NCBI GenBank assembly: GCA_964016885.1
Contig: OZ024740.1
Span: 397,978,001-398,042,000 of the forward strand
From: Eledone cirrhosa
Lineage: Eukaryota
Reading direction: 5' to 3'
Length of the DNA: 64,000 nucleotides
The notes under the pieces are model-generated. The model was not told where the DNA came from and ran no database searches. It saw only the letters and a list, made by a program, of their open reading frames with translations. The translations under genes were made by a program, and so were the position numbers. Positions 27,047 through 39,973 of the stretch are shown piece by piece; position 1 is the stretch's first letter, and each line of letters starts with the position of its first letter.

Positions 27047-27173
27047 TATACATACAGGTACACATATATATATGTACGTATCAGTTTAGCGGACGTTTAT
27101 TATAACGCCCGCTTTGTCCGTTAATTTTCATAAGGAAAGTATATACTTTCGAACGTTCAACCATCTGGCAGAA
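26408..27173 (-). mobile_element. ~490-bp HHR-containing non-coding unit (retrozyme-like family R), ~1.5 tandem units plus inverted 5' piece
   Basis: 26408-26650 is repeated at 26899-27122. 27118-27173 is the reverse complement of 26782-26837. HHR at 26733-26775. Confidence 0.85.
26733..26775 (-). ncRNA. Hammerhead ribozyme motif, family R
   Basis: ACGGTG-CTGATGA-T-AGCT-AAGA-AGCT-T-GAAA-CTAG-TA-CATCGT. Confidence 0.8.
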
Positions 27174-27227
27174 TGTGTGTGTATGTATGTATGTATGTAT
27201 GTATGTGCATATATGTATGTGTGTGTG

Positions 27228-27259
<32 letters not shown>

Positions 27260-27413
27260 TGTATGTATGTATGTATGTATGTATGTATGTATGTATGTAT
27301 GTATGTGTGTGTGTATGTGTGTGTGTATGTATGTGTATGTGTATGTATGTATGTGCATGTATGTATGTGTGTGTGTATGTATGTATGTGTGTGTGTATGT
27401 ATGTATGTGCATG

Positions 27414-27447
<34 letters not shown>

Positions 27448-27520
27448 TGTATGTATGTATGTATGTATGTATGTATTTATGTGTATGTATGTATGTATGT
27501 ATGTATGTATGTATGTATGT

Positions 27521-27560
<40 letters not shown>

Positions 27561-27655
27561 ATGTATGTATGTATGTATGTATGTATGTATGTATGTGTGT
27601 GTGTATGTGTGTGTGTATGTATGTGTGTGTGTATGTATGTATGTGCATGTATGTA

Positions 27656-27688
<33 letters not shown>

Positions 27689-27710
27689 GTATGTATGTAT
27701 GTATGTATAT
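27174..27710. repeat. (TATG)n/(TG)n compound microsatellite
   Basis: Direct reading. Confidence 0.95.
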
Positions 27711-28314
27711 GTCAGGTCACCAGTTGGTGCTACTGGTAACATGTATCCCAGTACAACCTGTCCCATGGTCGGGTCGTCGGTGTGTAAACTGGCAACCTGA
27801 CCAAGGTTTCTTGGTGAGGAGGGTGACTTTGGACATCCTGCAGGACTAAAAACAAAACCTGTCAAAGGGCAAAGGAGCTCTTAAGTGTCAATGGCCATCC
27901 AAAATCACCGGGAGAGATGACCCCTTAGCCTTTGTTAAGGCAGAATTCTAGGAGAAGGAAAACTCTGATATAACACCTGCAACTCTGATAGTATCCAATG
28001 TTGATTTGTTCTTCTTTTTGGTAAATATCATCTTGGTTAAGAGAGTGGGACTGGCTTTGTGCAGTGCCTTTGCTCACTATAAAAGCTTCACGGCACAGGC
28101 ATCGCTTTATATCTGGAGATCTCTTTGCACTTGTCGTCACATGGTACCATGGGCCCAGCACTATGTGTCAATAATTGTCACAAGTGTAGTGTTTGTACCA
28201 GAGTTTTCAAGTCGCTGGCTGGACTAAAAAGTCACACTCGTCAGCGCATCGGTAGGGTTTCTCCTACATGGATATAAAGTAGTGGCCGTACTCGAAAACG
28301 AGTTGGCAGCCACC
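27711..28314 (+). mobile_element. ~600-bp bipartite RTE-derived element, copy 4
   Basis: Similar to 6402-6998, flanked by (ATGT)n. Confidence 0.8.
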
Positions 28315-29018
28315 ATGTATGTATGTATATATGTATGTATGTGTGTGTGTATGTATGTATTCATGTATGCGTGTTTGAATGGATGGATGTGCATGCATTA
28401 TTGTATGTTTGTATGTATGTAACATGTATGTATGTATTTATGTATGCATGCCTGCTTGCATATATGTATGTTTGTATATATGTATGCCTGTATGCATGTA
28501 TGTGTGTGTGTGTAAGTATGTATGTGTGTTTGTATGTATATATGTAAATATGTACGCATGTATGTATGTGTGTGTGTAAGTATGTATGTAAATAAGTACG
28601 CATGCATGTATGCATGTATAAGTTTGCTGTCGTTATTAAGGTGACGGTGGTTTTTGCGGGCTGTGAGGTCGGGGAGGGAGGAGAGCATGGCGGCAGTGGT
28701 AAGTGTGTATGTTTGTGTCTGGTGTAAGATGAGGTTGATGGTGGGATTGAAAATGATAAGGGTGGGTTTTTATAGAAGGAAGGGTGGCAATAAGTAGTTA
28801 ACGGTGGCGTGGTTGGTGCGTGGGCTGCGTGCCTGAGTGTTGGTTGGTGGTTTAGTGAAGTGCTTAGGGGAGAAGCTGAGTGTGAGCGAGAGCAGGTGAG
28901 GCGGGGTCTGAAACAACGACAACAACAACGACAACGTCAATACCAATGACAACAACAACAACGACAACAAAAAAGAAGCATATGTATTCACACCATTCAG
29001 CTTCTTCTCGTTATTTTT

Positions 29019-29071
<53 letters not shown>

Positions 29072-29243
29072 TGAAGCAGTAATAGTAGTAGTAGCAGTTG
29101 CAGGAGCAGCAGTAGTAGTAGTAGTAGTAGTAGCAGCAGCAGCAGTAGTAGTAGTAGTAGTATTAGTAGTAGTAGTAGTAGTAGTAGTACTAGTAGCAGC
29201 AGCAGTAGTAGTAGTAGTAGTAGTAGTAGCAGCAGCAGTAGTG

Positions 29244-29334
<91 letters not shown>

Positions 29335-29362
29335 CAGTAGTAGTAGTAGTAGTAGCAGCAGC

Positions 29363-29393
<31 letters not shown>

Positions 29394-29455
29394 ATAGCAG
29401 CAGCAGTAGTGGTAGTAGTAGTAGCAGCAGCAGTAGTAGTAGTAGTAGTAGTAGT

Positions 29456-29520
<65 letters not shown>

Positions 29521-29521
29521 C

Positions 29522-29555
<34 letters not shown>

Positions 29556-29938
29556 ATAGCAGCAGCAGCAGTAGTAGTGGTAGTAGTAGCAGCAGCAGCA
29601 GTAGTAGCAGCAGTAGTAGTAGTAGTAGTAGTAGCAGCAGCAGCAGCAGTAGTAGTAGCAGCAGTAGTAGTAGTAGTAGTAGTAGCAGCAGCAGTAGTAG
29701 TAGTAGCAGCAGCAGTAGTAGTAGCAGCAGCAGCAGTAGTAGTAGTAGTAGTAGCAGCAGCAGCAGCAGTAGTAGTAGCAGCAGCAGTAGTAGTAGTAGT
29801 AGTAGTAGTAGTAGCAGCAGCAGCAGTAGTAGTAGCAGCAGTAGTAGTAGTAGTAGTAGTAGCAGCAGCAGCAGTAGTAGTAGCAGCAGCAGTAGTAGTA
29901 GTAGTAGTAGTAGTAGTAGCAGTAACAGCAGCAGCAGC
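29019..29938. repeat. (GTA)n/(GCA)n interleaved trinucleotide array
   Basis: Direct reading. Confidence 0.95.
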
Positions 29939-30182
29939 TCCATTCGCCGATGTCAAATCTGCCATGCAAAAATTTCGTTCAGACACCCCCCCCCCTCTCT
30001 TGCTCTACATGTCCTCTGCGGTGAAGGGGGTGGGAGTGTGAACACCTCTGGCTACGATGCCCTGGAGAGCGAGAGATACCATCACAAACTCGGCACATCC
30101 TTGGAGGAATTAGTCCGTCTCCCAGTTGCATCTCTACCACTTCTGAGGAGGATACTCAGGCACCTGAGGTGAATCAGAAGAA

Positions 30183-30215
<33 letters not shown>

Positions 30216-30330
30216 GGTAGTAGTAATAGTAGTAGTAGTAGTAGTAGTAGTGGTAGTAGTGGTGGTGATGGTCGTGAGAGTCTGCTTGTCGTATAAGTTG
30301 TTTTTGCTGTTGGGAAATGTGGCTTTTATA

Positions 30331-33300
30331 GGTGTGGTGGTAGTGGTGGTAGTGGTGGTAGTGATGGTGGTGATCGTGTTGGTAGTTGTGGTGGCTCTGG
30401 TGGTAGTGGTGGTAGTGGTGGTAGTGGTGGTTGTGGTGGTAGTGGTGGTTGTGTTGGTTGTGGTGGTTGTGTTGGTTGTGGTGGTAGTGGTGGTTGTGTT
30501 GGTTGTGGTGGTTGTGGTGGTAGTGGTGGTAGTGGTGGTGGTGATCGTGTTGGTAGTTGTGGTGGCTCTGGTGGTAGTGGTGATAGTGGTGGTAGTGGTG
30601 GTAGTGGTGGTAGTGGTGGTTGTGGTGGTAGTGGTGGTTGTGTTGGTTGTGGTGGTTGTGTTGGTTGTGGTGGTGGTGGTGGTTATGTTGGTTGTGTTGG
30701 TTGTGGTGGTTGTGGTGGTTCTGGTGGTAGTGGTGGTAGTGGTCGTAGTGGTGGTTGTGGTGGTTGTGGTGGTAGTGGTGGTAGTGGTGGTAGTGGTGGT
30801 TGTGTTGGTAGTGGTGGTAGTGGTGGTTGTGTTGATTGTGTTGGTTGTGTTGGTTGTGGTGGTAGTGGTGATAGTGGTGGTTGTGTTGGTTGTGGTGGTG
30901 GTGGTAGTAGTGGTGGTAGTGGTGGTAGTGGTGGTTGTGGTGGTAGTGGTGGTAGTGGTGATAGTGGTGGTAGTGGTCGTTGTGTTGGTATTGATGGTAT
31001 TGGTGGTAGTGGTGGTTGTGTTGGTAGTGGTGGTAGTGTTGGTTGTGTTGGTTGTGGTGGTAGTGGTGGAAGTGGTGGTAGTGGTGATAGTGGTGGTAGT
31101 GTTGGTTGTGTTGGTTGTGTTGGTTGTGGTGGTTGTGGTGGTAGTGGGGGTAGTGGTGGTTTTGTTGGTAGTGGTGGTAGTGGTGGTAGTGGTGGTTGTG
31201 TTGGTTGTGGTGGTAGTGGTGGTAGTGGTGGTTGTGTTGGTAGTGGTGGTAGTGGTGGTTGTGTTGGTTGTGGTGGTAGTGGTGGTAGTGGTGATAGTGG
31301 TGGTAGTGTTGGTTGTGGTGGTTGTTGTGGTAGTGGTGGTAGTGGTGGTTTTGTTGGTAGTGGTAGTTGTGGTGGTAGTGGTGGTTGTGTTGGTAGTGGT
31401 GGTATGGTGGTTGTGTTGGTTGTGGTGGTTGTGGTGCTAGTTGTGATGGTGGTAGTGGTGGTTGTGCTGGTTGTGTTGGTTGTGGTGGTTTTGGTGGTTG
31501 TGGTGGTTGTGGTGGTAGTGGTAGTAGTGGTGGATGTGTTGGTAGTGGTGGTAGTGGTGGTTGTGTTGGTTTTGGTGGTAGTGGTGGTAGTGGTGGTTGT
31601 GTTGATAGTGGTGTTACTGGTGGTTGTGTTGGTTATGGTGGTAGTGGTGGTAGTGGTGGTTGTGGTGGTAGTGGTGGTTGTGTTGGTTGTGTTGGTTGTG
31701 GTGGTAGTGGTGGTAGTGGTGGTTGTGTTGGTAGTGGTGGTAGTGGTGGTTGTGTTGGTTGTGGTGGTAGTGGTGGTAGTCGTGGTTGTGGTGGTAGTGG
31801 TGGTTGTGTTGGTTGTGTTGGTTGTGGTGATTGTGTTGGTAGTGCTGGTAGTGGTGGTTGTGTTGGTTGTGGTGGTAGTGGTGGTAATGGTGGTAGTGGT
31901 GGTAGTGGTGGTTGTGTTGGTTGTGCTGGTTGTGGTGGTTGTGGTGGTAGTGGTGGTAGTGGTGGTTGTGTTGGTTGTGGTGGTAGTGGTGGTAGTAGTG
32001 GTTGTGTTGGTTGTGTTGGTTGTGCTGGTTGTGGTGGTCGTGGTGGTGATCCTGTTGGTAGTTGTGGTGGCTGTGGTGGTAGTGGTGGTAGTGGTGGTTG
32101 TGGTGATAGTGGTGGTATTGGTGGTTGTGTTGGTTGTGGTGGTAGTGGTGGTTACGGTGGTAGTGGTGGTTGTGTTGGTTGTGGTGGTAGTGGTGATGGT
32201 GGTGGTAGTGGTGGTTTGTGTTGGTTGTGTTGGTAGTGGTGGTAGTGGTGGTTGTGTTGGTTGTGGTGGTTGTGGTGCTAGTGGTGATCGTGGTGGTTAT
32301 GTTGGTAGTGGTTGTAGTGGTGTTTGTGTTGGTTGTGGTGGTAGTGGTGGTAGTGTTGGTTATGTTGGTAGTGGTGGTTGTGTTGGTTTTGGTGGTAGTG
32401 GTGATAGTGGTGGTAGTGGTGATAGTGGTGATAGTGGTGGTAGTGGTGGTTGTGTTGGTTGTGTTTGTTGTGGTGGTTGTGGTGGTTGTGCTGGTAGTGG
32501 TGGTAGTGGTAGTAGTGGTGGATGTGTTGGTAGTGGTGGTAGTGGTGATAGTGGTGGTAGTGGTGGTTGTGTTGGTTTTGGTGGTAGTGGTGGTAGTGGT
32601 GGTAGTGGTGGTTGTGTTGATAGTGGTGTTACTGGTGGTTGTGTTCGTTGTGGTGGTAGTGGTGGTAGTGGTGGTTGTGGTGGTAGTGGTGGTTGTGTTG
32701 GTTGTGGTGGTAGTGGCGGTAGTGGTGGTTGTGTTGGTTGTGGTGGTTGTGGTGCTAGTGGTGATAGTGGTGGTAGTGGTGGTAGAGGTGGTTGTGTTGG
32801 TTGCGGTGGTTGTGGTGGTTGTGGTGGGAGTGGTGGTAGTGGTGGTTGTGTTGGTTGTGTTGGTTGTGTTGGTTGTGGTGGTAGTGTTGGTTGTGGTGGT
32901 AGTGGTGATAGTGGTGGTAGTGGCCGTTTTGTGTTGGTTGTGGCGGTTGTAATGGTAGTGGTGGTAGTGGTGGTAGTGGTGGTTGTGTTGGTAGTGGTGG
33001 TTGTGTTGGTTGTGGTGGTAGTGGTGATAGTGGAGGTAGCGGTGATAGTGGTGATAGTGGTGGTAGTGGTGGTTGTGTTGGTTGTGTTGGATGTGGTGGT
33101 TGTGGTGGTTGTGGTGGTAGTGGTGGCAGGGGTGGTTGTGTTGATTGTGCTTGTAGTGGTGGTAGTGGTGGTTGTGTTGGTAGTGGTGGTAGTGGTGGTT
33201 GTGTTGGTTGTGTTGGTTGTGGTGGTAGTGGTGTTTGTGTTGGTAGTGGTGCTAGTGGTGGTTGTGTTGGTTATGCTGGTAGTGGTGGTAGTGGTGGTAG

Positions 33301-35925
33301 TGGTGGTTGTGTTGGTTGTGCTGGTTGTCGTGGTAGTGGATGTATTGGTGGTAATGGTGGTAGTGGTGGTTGTGTTGGTTGTATTGGTTGTGGTGATTGT
33401 GTTGGTAGTGGTGGTAGTGGTGGTTGTGTTGGTTGTGGTGGTAGTGGTGATAGTGTCGGTTGTGGTGGTAGTGTTGGTTGTGTTGGTTGTGTTGGTTGTG
33501 GTGGTAGTGGTGGTAGTGGTGGTTGTGTTGGTTGTGGTGGTAGTGGTGGTAGTGGTGGTAGTGGTGGTTGTGTTGGTTGTGGTGATTGTGGTGGTGGTGG
33601 TGATCGTGTTGGTAGTTGTGGTGGTAGTTGTGGTGGCTGTGGTGGTAGTGGTGATAGTGGTGGTCGGGTGGTAGTGGTGGTTGTGGTGGTAGTGGTGGTT
33701 GTGGTGATAATGGTGGTGATCCTGTTGGTAGTTGTGGTGGTAGTTGTGGTGGCTGTGGTGGTAGTGGTGATAGTGGTGGTCGGGTGGCTGTGGTTGTAGT
33801 GGTGGTAGTGGTGGTTGTGGTGGTTGTGGTGGTAGTGGTGGTAGTGGTGGTTGTGTTGGTAGTGGTGGTAGTGGTGGTAGTGGTGGTTGTGTTGGTTGTG
33901 GTGGTAGTGGTGGTAGTGGTGGTAATAGTGGTAGTGGACATAGTGGTGGTTCTTTTGGTTGTGTTGGTTGTGGTGGTTGTGGTGGTTTTCGTGGTAGTGT
34001 TGGTAGTGGTAGTTGTGTTGGTTGTGTTAGTTGTGGTGATTGTGTTGGTAGTGGTGGTAGTGTTGGTAGTGGTGGTAGTGGTGGTAGTGGTGGTTGTGTT
34101 GGTTGTGTTGGCTGTGGTGGTAGAAGTTGTAGTCGAGGTTGTGGTGGTAGTGGTGGTAGTGGTGGTTGTGTTGGTTGTGGTGGTTGTGGTGGTAGTGGTG
34201 GTGGTGGTGATAGTGGTGGTAGTGGTGGTTGTGTTGGTAGTGTTAGTTGTGGTGATTATGTTGGTAGTGGTGGTGGTTGTGTTGGTTGTGGTGGTAGTGG
34301 TGATAGTGGTGGTAGTGGTGGTAGTGGTGGTTGTGTTGGTAGTGGTGGCAGTGGTGGTTGTGTTGGTTGTGGTGGTTGTGGTGGTAGTGGTGGTAGTGGT
34401 GGTTGTGGTGGTAGTGGTGGTGATCCTGTTGGTAGTTGTGGTGGCTGTGGTGGTAGTGGTGATAGTGGTGGTTGTGGTGGTAGTGGTGGTAGTGGTGGTA
34501 GTAGTGCTAGTGGTGGTAGTGGTGGTAGTGGTGGTTGTGTTGGTTGTGTTGGTTGTGGTGGATGTGGTGGTTGTGGTGGTAGTGGTGGTAGCGGTGGTTG
34601 TGTTGGTTGTGGTGGTAGTGGTGGTAGTATGGAGGTGGTGGTAGTGGTGGTTGTGTTGGTTGTGGTGATTGTGGTGGTGGTGGTTTTCGTGTTGGTAGTT
34701 GTGGTGGTAGTTGTGGTGGCTGTGGTGGTAGTGGTGATAGTGGTGGTAGTGGTGGTAGTGGTGGTAGAGGTGGTTGTGGTGGTAGCGGTGGTAGTGGTGG
34801 TAGTCGTGGTTGTGTTGGTTGTGGTGGTAATGGTGGTAGTGGTGGCTGTGTTGGTTGTGGTGGTTGTGGTGGTAGTGGTGGTAGTGGTGGTTGTGGTGGT
34901 AGTGGTGGTGTTCCTGTTGGTAGTTGCTGTGGTGGTGGTGGTAGTGGTCGTTGTAGTGGTTGTGTTGGTTGTGGTGGTAGTGGTGGTAGTGGTGGTAGTG
35001 GTGGTAGTGGTGGTTGTGTTGGTTGTGGTGGTAGTGGTGGTAGTGGTGGAGATGGACTTAGTGGTGATTGTGTAGTTTGTGGTGATTGTGGTGGTAGTGG
35101 TGATAGTGGTGGTAATGGTGGTAGTGGTGGTAGTGGTGGTAGTGGTGGTAGAGGTGGTAGTGGTGATAGTGGTGGTAGTGGTGGTAGTGGTGGTAGTGGT
35201 GGTTGTGTTGGTTGTGGTGGTAGTGCTGGCTGTGTTGGTTGTGGTGGTTGTGGTGGTAGTGGTGGTAGTGGTGGTTGTGGTGGTAGTGGTGGTGATCCTG
35301 TTGGTAGTTGCTGTGGTGGTGGTGGTAGTGGTCGTTGTGGTCGTTGTGTTGGTTGTGGTGGTAGTGGTGGTAGTGGTAGTGGTGGTAGTGGTGGTAGTGG
35401 TGGTTGTGTTGGTTGTGGTGGTAGTGGTAGTGGTGGTGGTGGTGGTTGTGGTGGTAGTGGTGGTGGTGGTGGTGGTTGTGGTGGTTGTGGTGGTAGTGGT
35501 GGTTGTGGTGGTAATGGTGTTGGTGGTGGTAGTGGTGGTGGTGTTGGTGGTGGTGTTGGTTGTGGTGGTAATTGTAGCAGTGGTGGTGGTGGTGGTAGTG
35601 CTGGTAGTGGTAGTGGTAGTGGTGGTAGTGGTGGTGGTGGTGTTTGTGGTGGTTGTGGTGCTAGTGGTGATGGTGGTTTTGTTGGTTGTGGTGGTGGTAG
35701 TGGTGTTAGTAGTGGTAGTGGTGGTAGGGGTGGTGGTGGTGGTGGTGGTTGTGGTGGTTGTGGTGGTTGTGGTGGTAGTGGTGGTGGTGTTGGTGGTGGT
35801 GGTGGTAGTGGTGGTGGTGTTGGTTGTGGTGGTTGTGGTGGTAGTGGTGGTAGTGGTGGCAGTGCTGGTGGTGGTGGTGGTGTAGTGGTGGTAGTGGTGG
35901 TAGTAGTGGTAGTGGTGGTAGTAGT
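30331..35925. repeat. 5.6-kb degenerate GTN-triplet array (GTGGTGGTA / GTGGTGGTT / GTGTTGGTT 9-mers)
   Basis: Direct reading. A variant block GTGATC(C/G)TGTTGGTAGTTG recurs through the array. Confidence 0.95.
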
Positions 35926-36797
35926 GATAGGGGTGATGCCTCCCCTCCTCGACGTCGTCGATATTGTACAAGGAAAAAGCAAATACCGATACAGCTTAGC
36001 AATAGTATTATCACAGGCGAACACAGAACAGTGCAATGCAGTTTGCCTAACGCTCTGATATTGCCGCCTACTTCTTTATTTTTGCGAGCCTGGAAGGTAG
36101 TAAGGCAAAGTTCACTTCGATGGGATTTGGACTTAGAACGTATCTTCCGATTGAGCTATAGGAGCGCCGTCCTAATATACGGCGTGCCTTGGATATTTAA
36201 ACCTGGCGGAACCTATCACCTCTCCACCTCTGAACACAGACGATTTCTTCGAGAGAAGGCTCGAGAGTGAGAAAGTGAAAATGAGAAAGATATATAGAGG
36301 CAGAATCGACCCTATTAGTCGACTGGTACTTTTTTTTTATTGACCTCGAAAAGATGAAAACAAAGTTGATCTCAGAAAACCGGAACGAATACCATCAAGC
36401 ATTCTATCCGATGAACCAATTCGCCGCCTATTTTTTAATAATATTGACGATTAATTTTTTTTTACGTAGGTACAAATTATGGTTGAGAGCATAAGTTCGC
36501 TTCGCAATCATGTATTTTCGAGTTTGAGCCCACTGCGTGACATCTTAGCATACATTCGGATCGATCAAAACCTGTCAGTGAAATTAATATATGAAAATCA
36601 GCCGAATGGATTGAACCTGTCAAACGGAGGTCAAGCCTTATCACATATTATGCAGATCTATAGCAGATAAGTAGTCGACAGAATGATGAGGTGCGATCGA
36701 TTGATCCCGCACTCAAAAGATGGAACGGTCATGGATGGCGAGTAGATTGGACGATAAAATGGCGACAGAAAAATAGGCTTACAAAATACAGTATCAT

Positions 36798-36988
36798 TGG
36801 TGGATTGGAAGTACCGGTAGAGAGTCAGACGTCGTACTTTGCAGCACAGAGTTATGGCCCTTTGCGGTTTGAGTTCAAATCCCGCCGATGTTAACTTTGC
36901 CTTTCATCCTTACGGGGTCGATAAAATAAAGTACCAGTAATGCACTGGCATAATTGCTGGCCTTGTGCCAAAAGTAGAAACAATTATT
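36798..36988 (+). mobile_element. tRNA-derived SINE, dominant family
   Basis: Shared head, B-box and body. Confidence 0.85.
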
Positions 36989-37237
36989 GTTGTTTTCAGC
37001 CCTGCTAGAGCAGACTTATGATCAGAATGTGTTCTAGCTATGACAACCAAATCACCATCTTTTTCCCATTTTTTTTCAAATAGTGCATCTCAGAAAACCA
37101 TTATCTAATGGGTCTTTCCATGTTTTAAGACATCGAATTATAATATATTTCTTGTTGATCGAGTGACCATAGAGTGTTGTTTGCGTTGTTGTTGATAGTT
37201 TTGATAGTGTTCATGGTGATATTATTTGTAGTATTAG

Positions 37238-37588
37238 TGGTGGATTGGCAGTATCGGTAGAGGATCGGACGCCATGCTTTGATGCATAGAGTTACAGCCC
37301 TTTCAATTTTGAGTTCAAATCCCGCCAAGGTTAACTTTGCCTTTCATCCTTATGTGGTCGATAAAATAAAGTACCAGTAATGCACTGGGTATGTGGCGAT
37401 GGATTGGCAGTATCGGTAGAGGGTCGGACGCCATGCTTTGCAGCGAAGAGTTACGGCCCTTTATGGTCTGAGTTCAAATCCCGCCGAGGTTAACTTTGCC
37501 TTTCATCCTTACGGGGTCGATAAAATAAAGTACCAGTAATGCACTGGGATAATTGCTGGCCTTGTGCCAAAAGTAGAAATAATTATTT
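37238..37588 (+). mobile_element. Two adjacent SINE copies, dominant family
   Basis: Heads at ~37238 and ~37395. Confidence 0.85.
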
Positions 37589-38186
37589 GTAGTATTAGTC
37601 GTAGTAGAATCATGATGATTATGTTGATGGCAGTGGGACTTAAGGCGGGTTAGAAGGGAACTGACGCTGTTTCCTCAGCCACTGTAAGGTTCCACCTGCG
37701 CTTATCGCTCTCCCCATTGTTTTTACACAGTTTTTCTCTTCTCCCTATTTTCCTTACCATCCCCTTATTAGACGTACTCCTCCTCCTCCTCCTCTTCTTC
37801 CTCCTCCTCTTCTTCCTCCTCCTTTCATCATCGCCTCCTTCTCTGGTTGATTCTTCATCTAGACGTATAAGTCTTTCTTTATTGGATGCCTTCATAGTTA
37901 TTTGCCGCATTATACGTATGAGTCAATCAATGTATGTTTTGCATATGCGTGCATGTGTGAGTATGTGCGTGCGTTTGTTTTTCTCTGTGTGTGCGCGCCT
38001 GTTTTTCCCTGTGTGTGTGTGTGTGCCCTGCGCCAGCATTATCACCATACTGCTGTTTCAAACGTTTCAGCTTGCTAACATGCTTTAGCCCTCTTACACT
38101 GCTGTTGTTAAAAAAAGCTTTTCTTCAGCTTAGACTTTTAATGTTTTTTCTTTCTTTTGATCTCTTCTTTATTTATTTCTTCATTC

Positions 38187-38257
<71 letters not shown>

Positions 38258-38516
38258 TCATTCTTTCTGTCCAAACTTCTTTCCTCGCCATTGTTTATTT
38301 TATAGAATCGAAAACATTACTGCTCAAGTTTCACTTTCAGTTTCGGTTTACACGAAATTACACATTACATAGACGTACAAACGACATACTCATAATTACA
38401 TGTACATTGTCAGGCATATTCGTGCACACACATACACACACACACACAGACACACACACAGACATACACACAGACACACTGAGGTGCAGGCATGAATGTG
38501 TGCGTGTACACACACT

Positions 38517-38582
<66 letters not shown>

Positions 38583-38586
38583 TGTA

Positions 38587-38644
<58 letters not shown>

Positions 38645-38664
38645 TACATATATATATGTATGTA

Positions 38665-38700
<36 letters not shown>

Positions 38701-38706
<6 letters not shown>

Positions 38707-38813
38707 CAGGTACACATACATATATGCACGTATCAGTTTGTTTACAAACGAACAAAGCGGCGTTATAATAAGCGTCTGCTAAACTGATACGTGCATATAT
38801 GTATGTGTACCTG

Positions 38814-38871
<58 letters not shown>

Positions 38872-39305
38872 TGCTACTGTACGTCTGTATACATATATGT
38901 ATGTACGTATACACACATACTTACATTTAAGTAAGTGCCGTACTAAGAGTGAGAAATGAAATTTCGTTTTCATTTTTTTCAACTCATCGTTTTCGGTATG
39001 CCTGACCGACTTAGCTCACTCGATATGCAAATTAGGCTGCTCAGCCGTTAATTTTCATAAGGAAAGTATATACTTTCGAACGTTCAACTATCTGGCAGAT
39101 GGGTATACGGTGCTGATGATAGCTAACAAGCTTGAAACTAGTACATCGTTCCTGTGTCAGTGTTGAACAAAAAGGTGACGTGGTTGCCTTAACACCGTAC
39201 GGCATAAAAATTTAGGCTGTTCAGTTTGTTTACAAACGAACAAAGCGGCGTTATAATAAGCGTCTGCTAAACTGATACGTGCATATATGCATGTGTACCT
39301 GTATG

Positions 39306-39373
<68 letters not shown>

Positions 39374-39487
39374 TGCTACTGTACGTCTGTATACATATAT
39401 GTATGTACGTATACACACATACTTACATTTAAGTAAGTGCCGTACTAAGAGTGAGAAATGAAATTTCGTTTTCATTTTTTTTTCAAC
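38701..39487 (+). mobile_element. Retrozyme-like family R, ~1.5 tandem units with inverted 5' piece
   Basis: 38733-38983 is repeated at 39221-39487. 38701-38739 is inverted against 38781-38819. HHR at 39107-39149. Flanked by (TA)n. Confidence 0.85.
39107..39149 (+). ncRNA. Hammerhead ribozyme motif, family R
   Basis: ACGGTG-CTGATGA-T-AGCT-AACA-AGCT-T-GAAA-CTAG-TA-CATCGT. Confidence 0.8.
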
Positions 39488-39511
39488 TATATATATATAC
39501 ATACATATATA

Positions 39512-39654
39512 TAACAAAGAGGAATTTTGGTAAGGAACCAGATGGACCATAACGCACCAGAGTACTCAATACTTAGGGTAGTAGAGTGGGAAATAGGAAA
39601 AACTATGACCCCGACGGCAGAGCTCAAACCGTTTCGACAGCTATTACTTTTTCC

Positions 39655-39656
<2 letters not shown>
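39512..39656 (-). mobile_element. Family B element: tail, HHR 3' half and tiny inverted piece
   Basis: Homologous to 59811-59940. Ends in an inverted TACTTTTTCCTA before (TA)n. Confidence 0.7.
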
Positions 39657-39710
<54 letters not shown>

Positions 39711-39739
39711 CATATATATATGTATACATATATATATGT

Positions 39740-39867
<128 letters not shown>

Positions 39868-39911
39868 CTTCAAAATATTAATAAATATAGACATTCATGT
39901 GATCAAATATA

Positions 39912-39973
39912 TTTTATTATACATATTTCAGAGGTACTGAGCTATTTCATCAGTACGTCCTCGTCAGATAAAA
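39912..39973 (-). ncRNA. Intact hammerhead motif in a solo pLTR fragment (39866-39995) of the 19541-22541 family
   Basis: TTTTAT-CTGACGA-GGACGTACTGA...TCAGTACCTCT-GAAA-TATGTA-TA-ATAAAA. Confidence 0.75.

Noticed and set aside
28997-36036. Poly-Thr, poly-Val and Pro-rich ORFs as a mucin or extensin gene
   Set aside because: Open in several frames on both strands because of triplet repeats. Phase shifts are present, and there is no signal peptide or domain.
35930-36290. Host exon next to the triplet array
   Set aside because: No recognisable domain or convincing splice pair.
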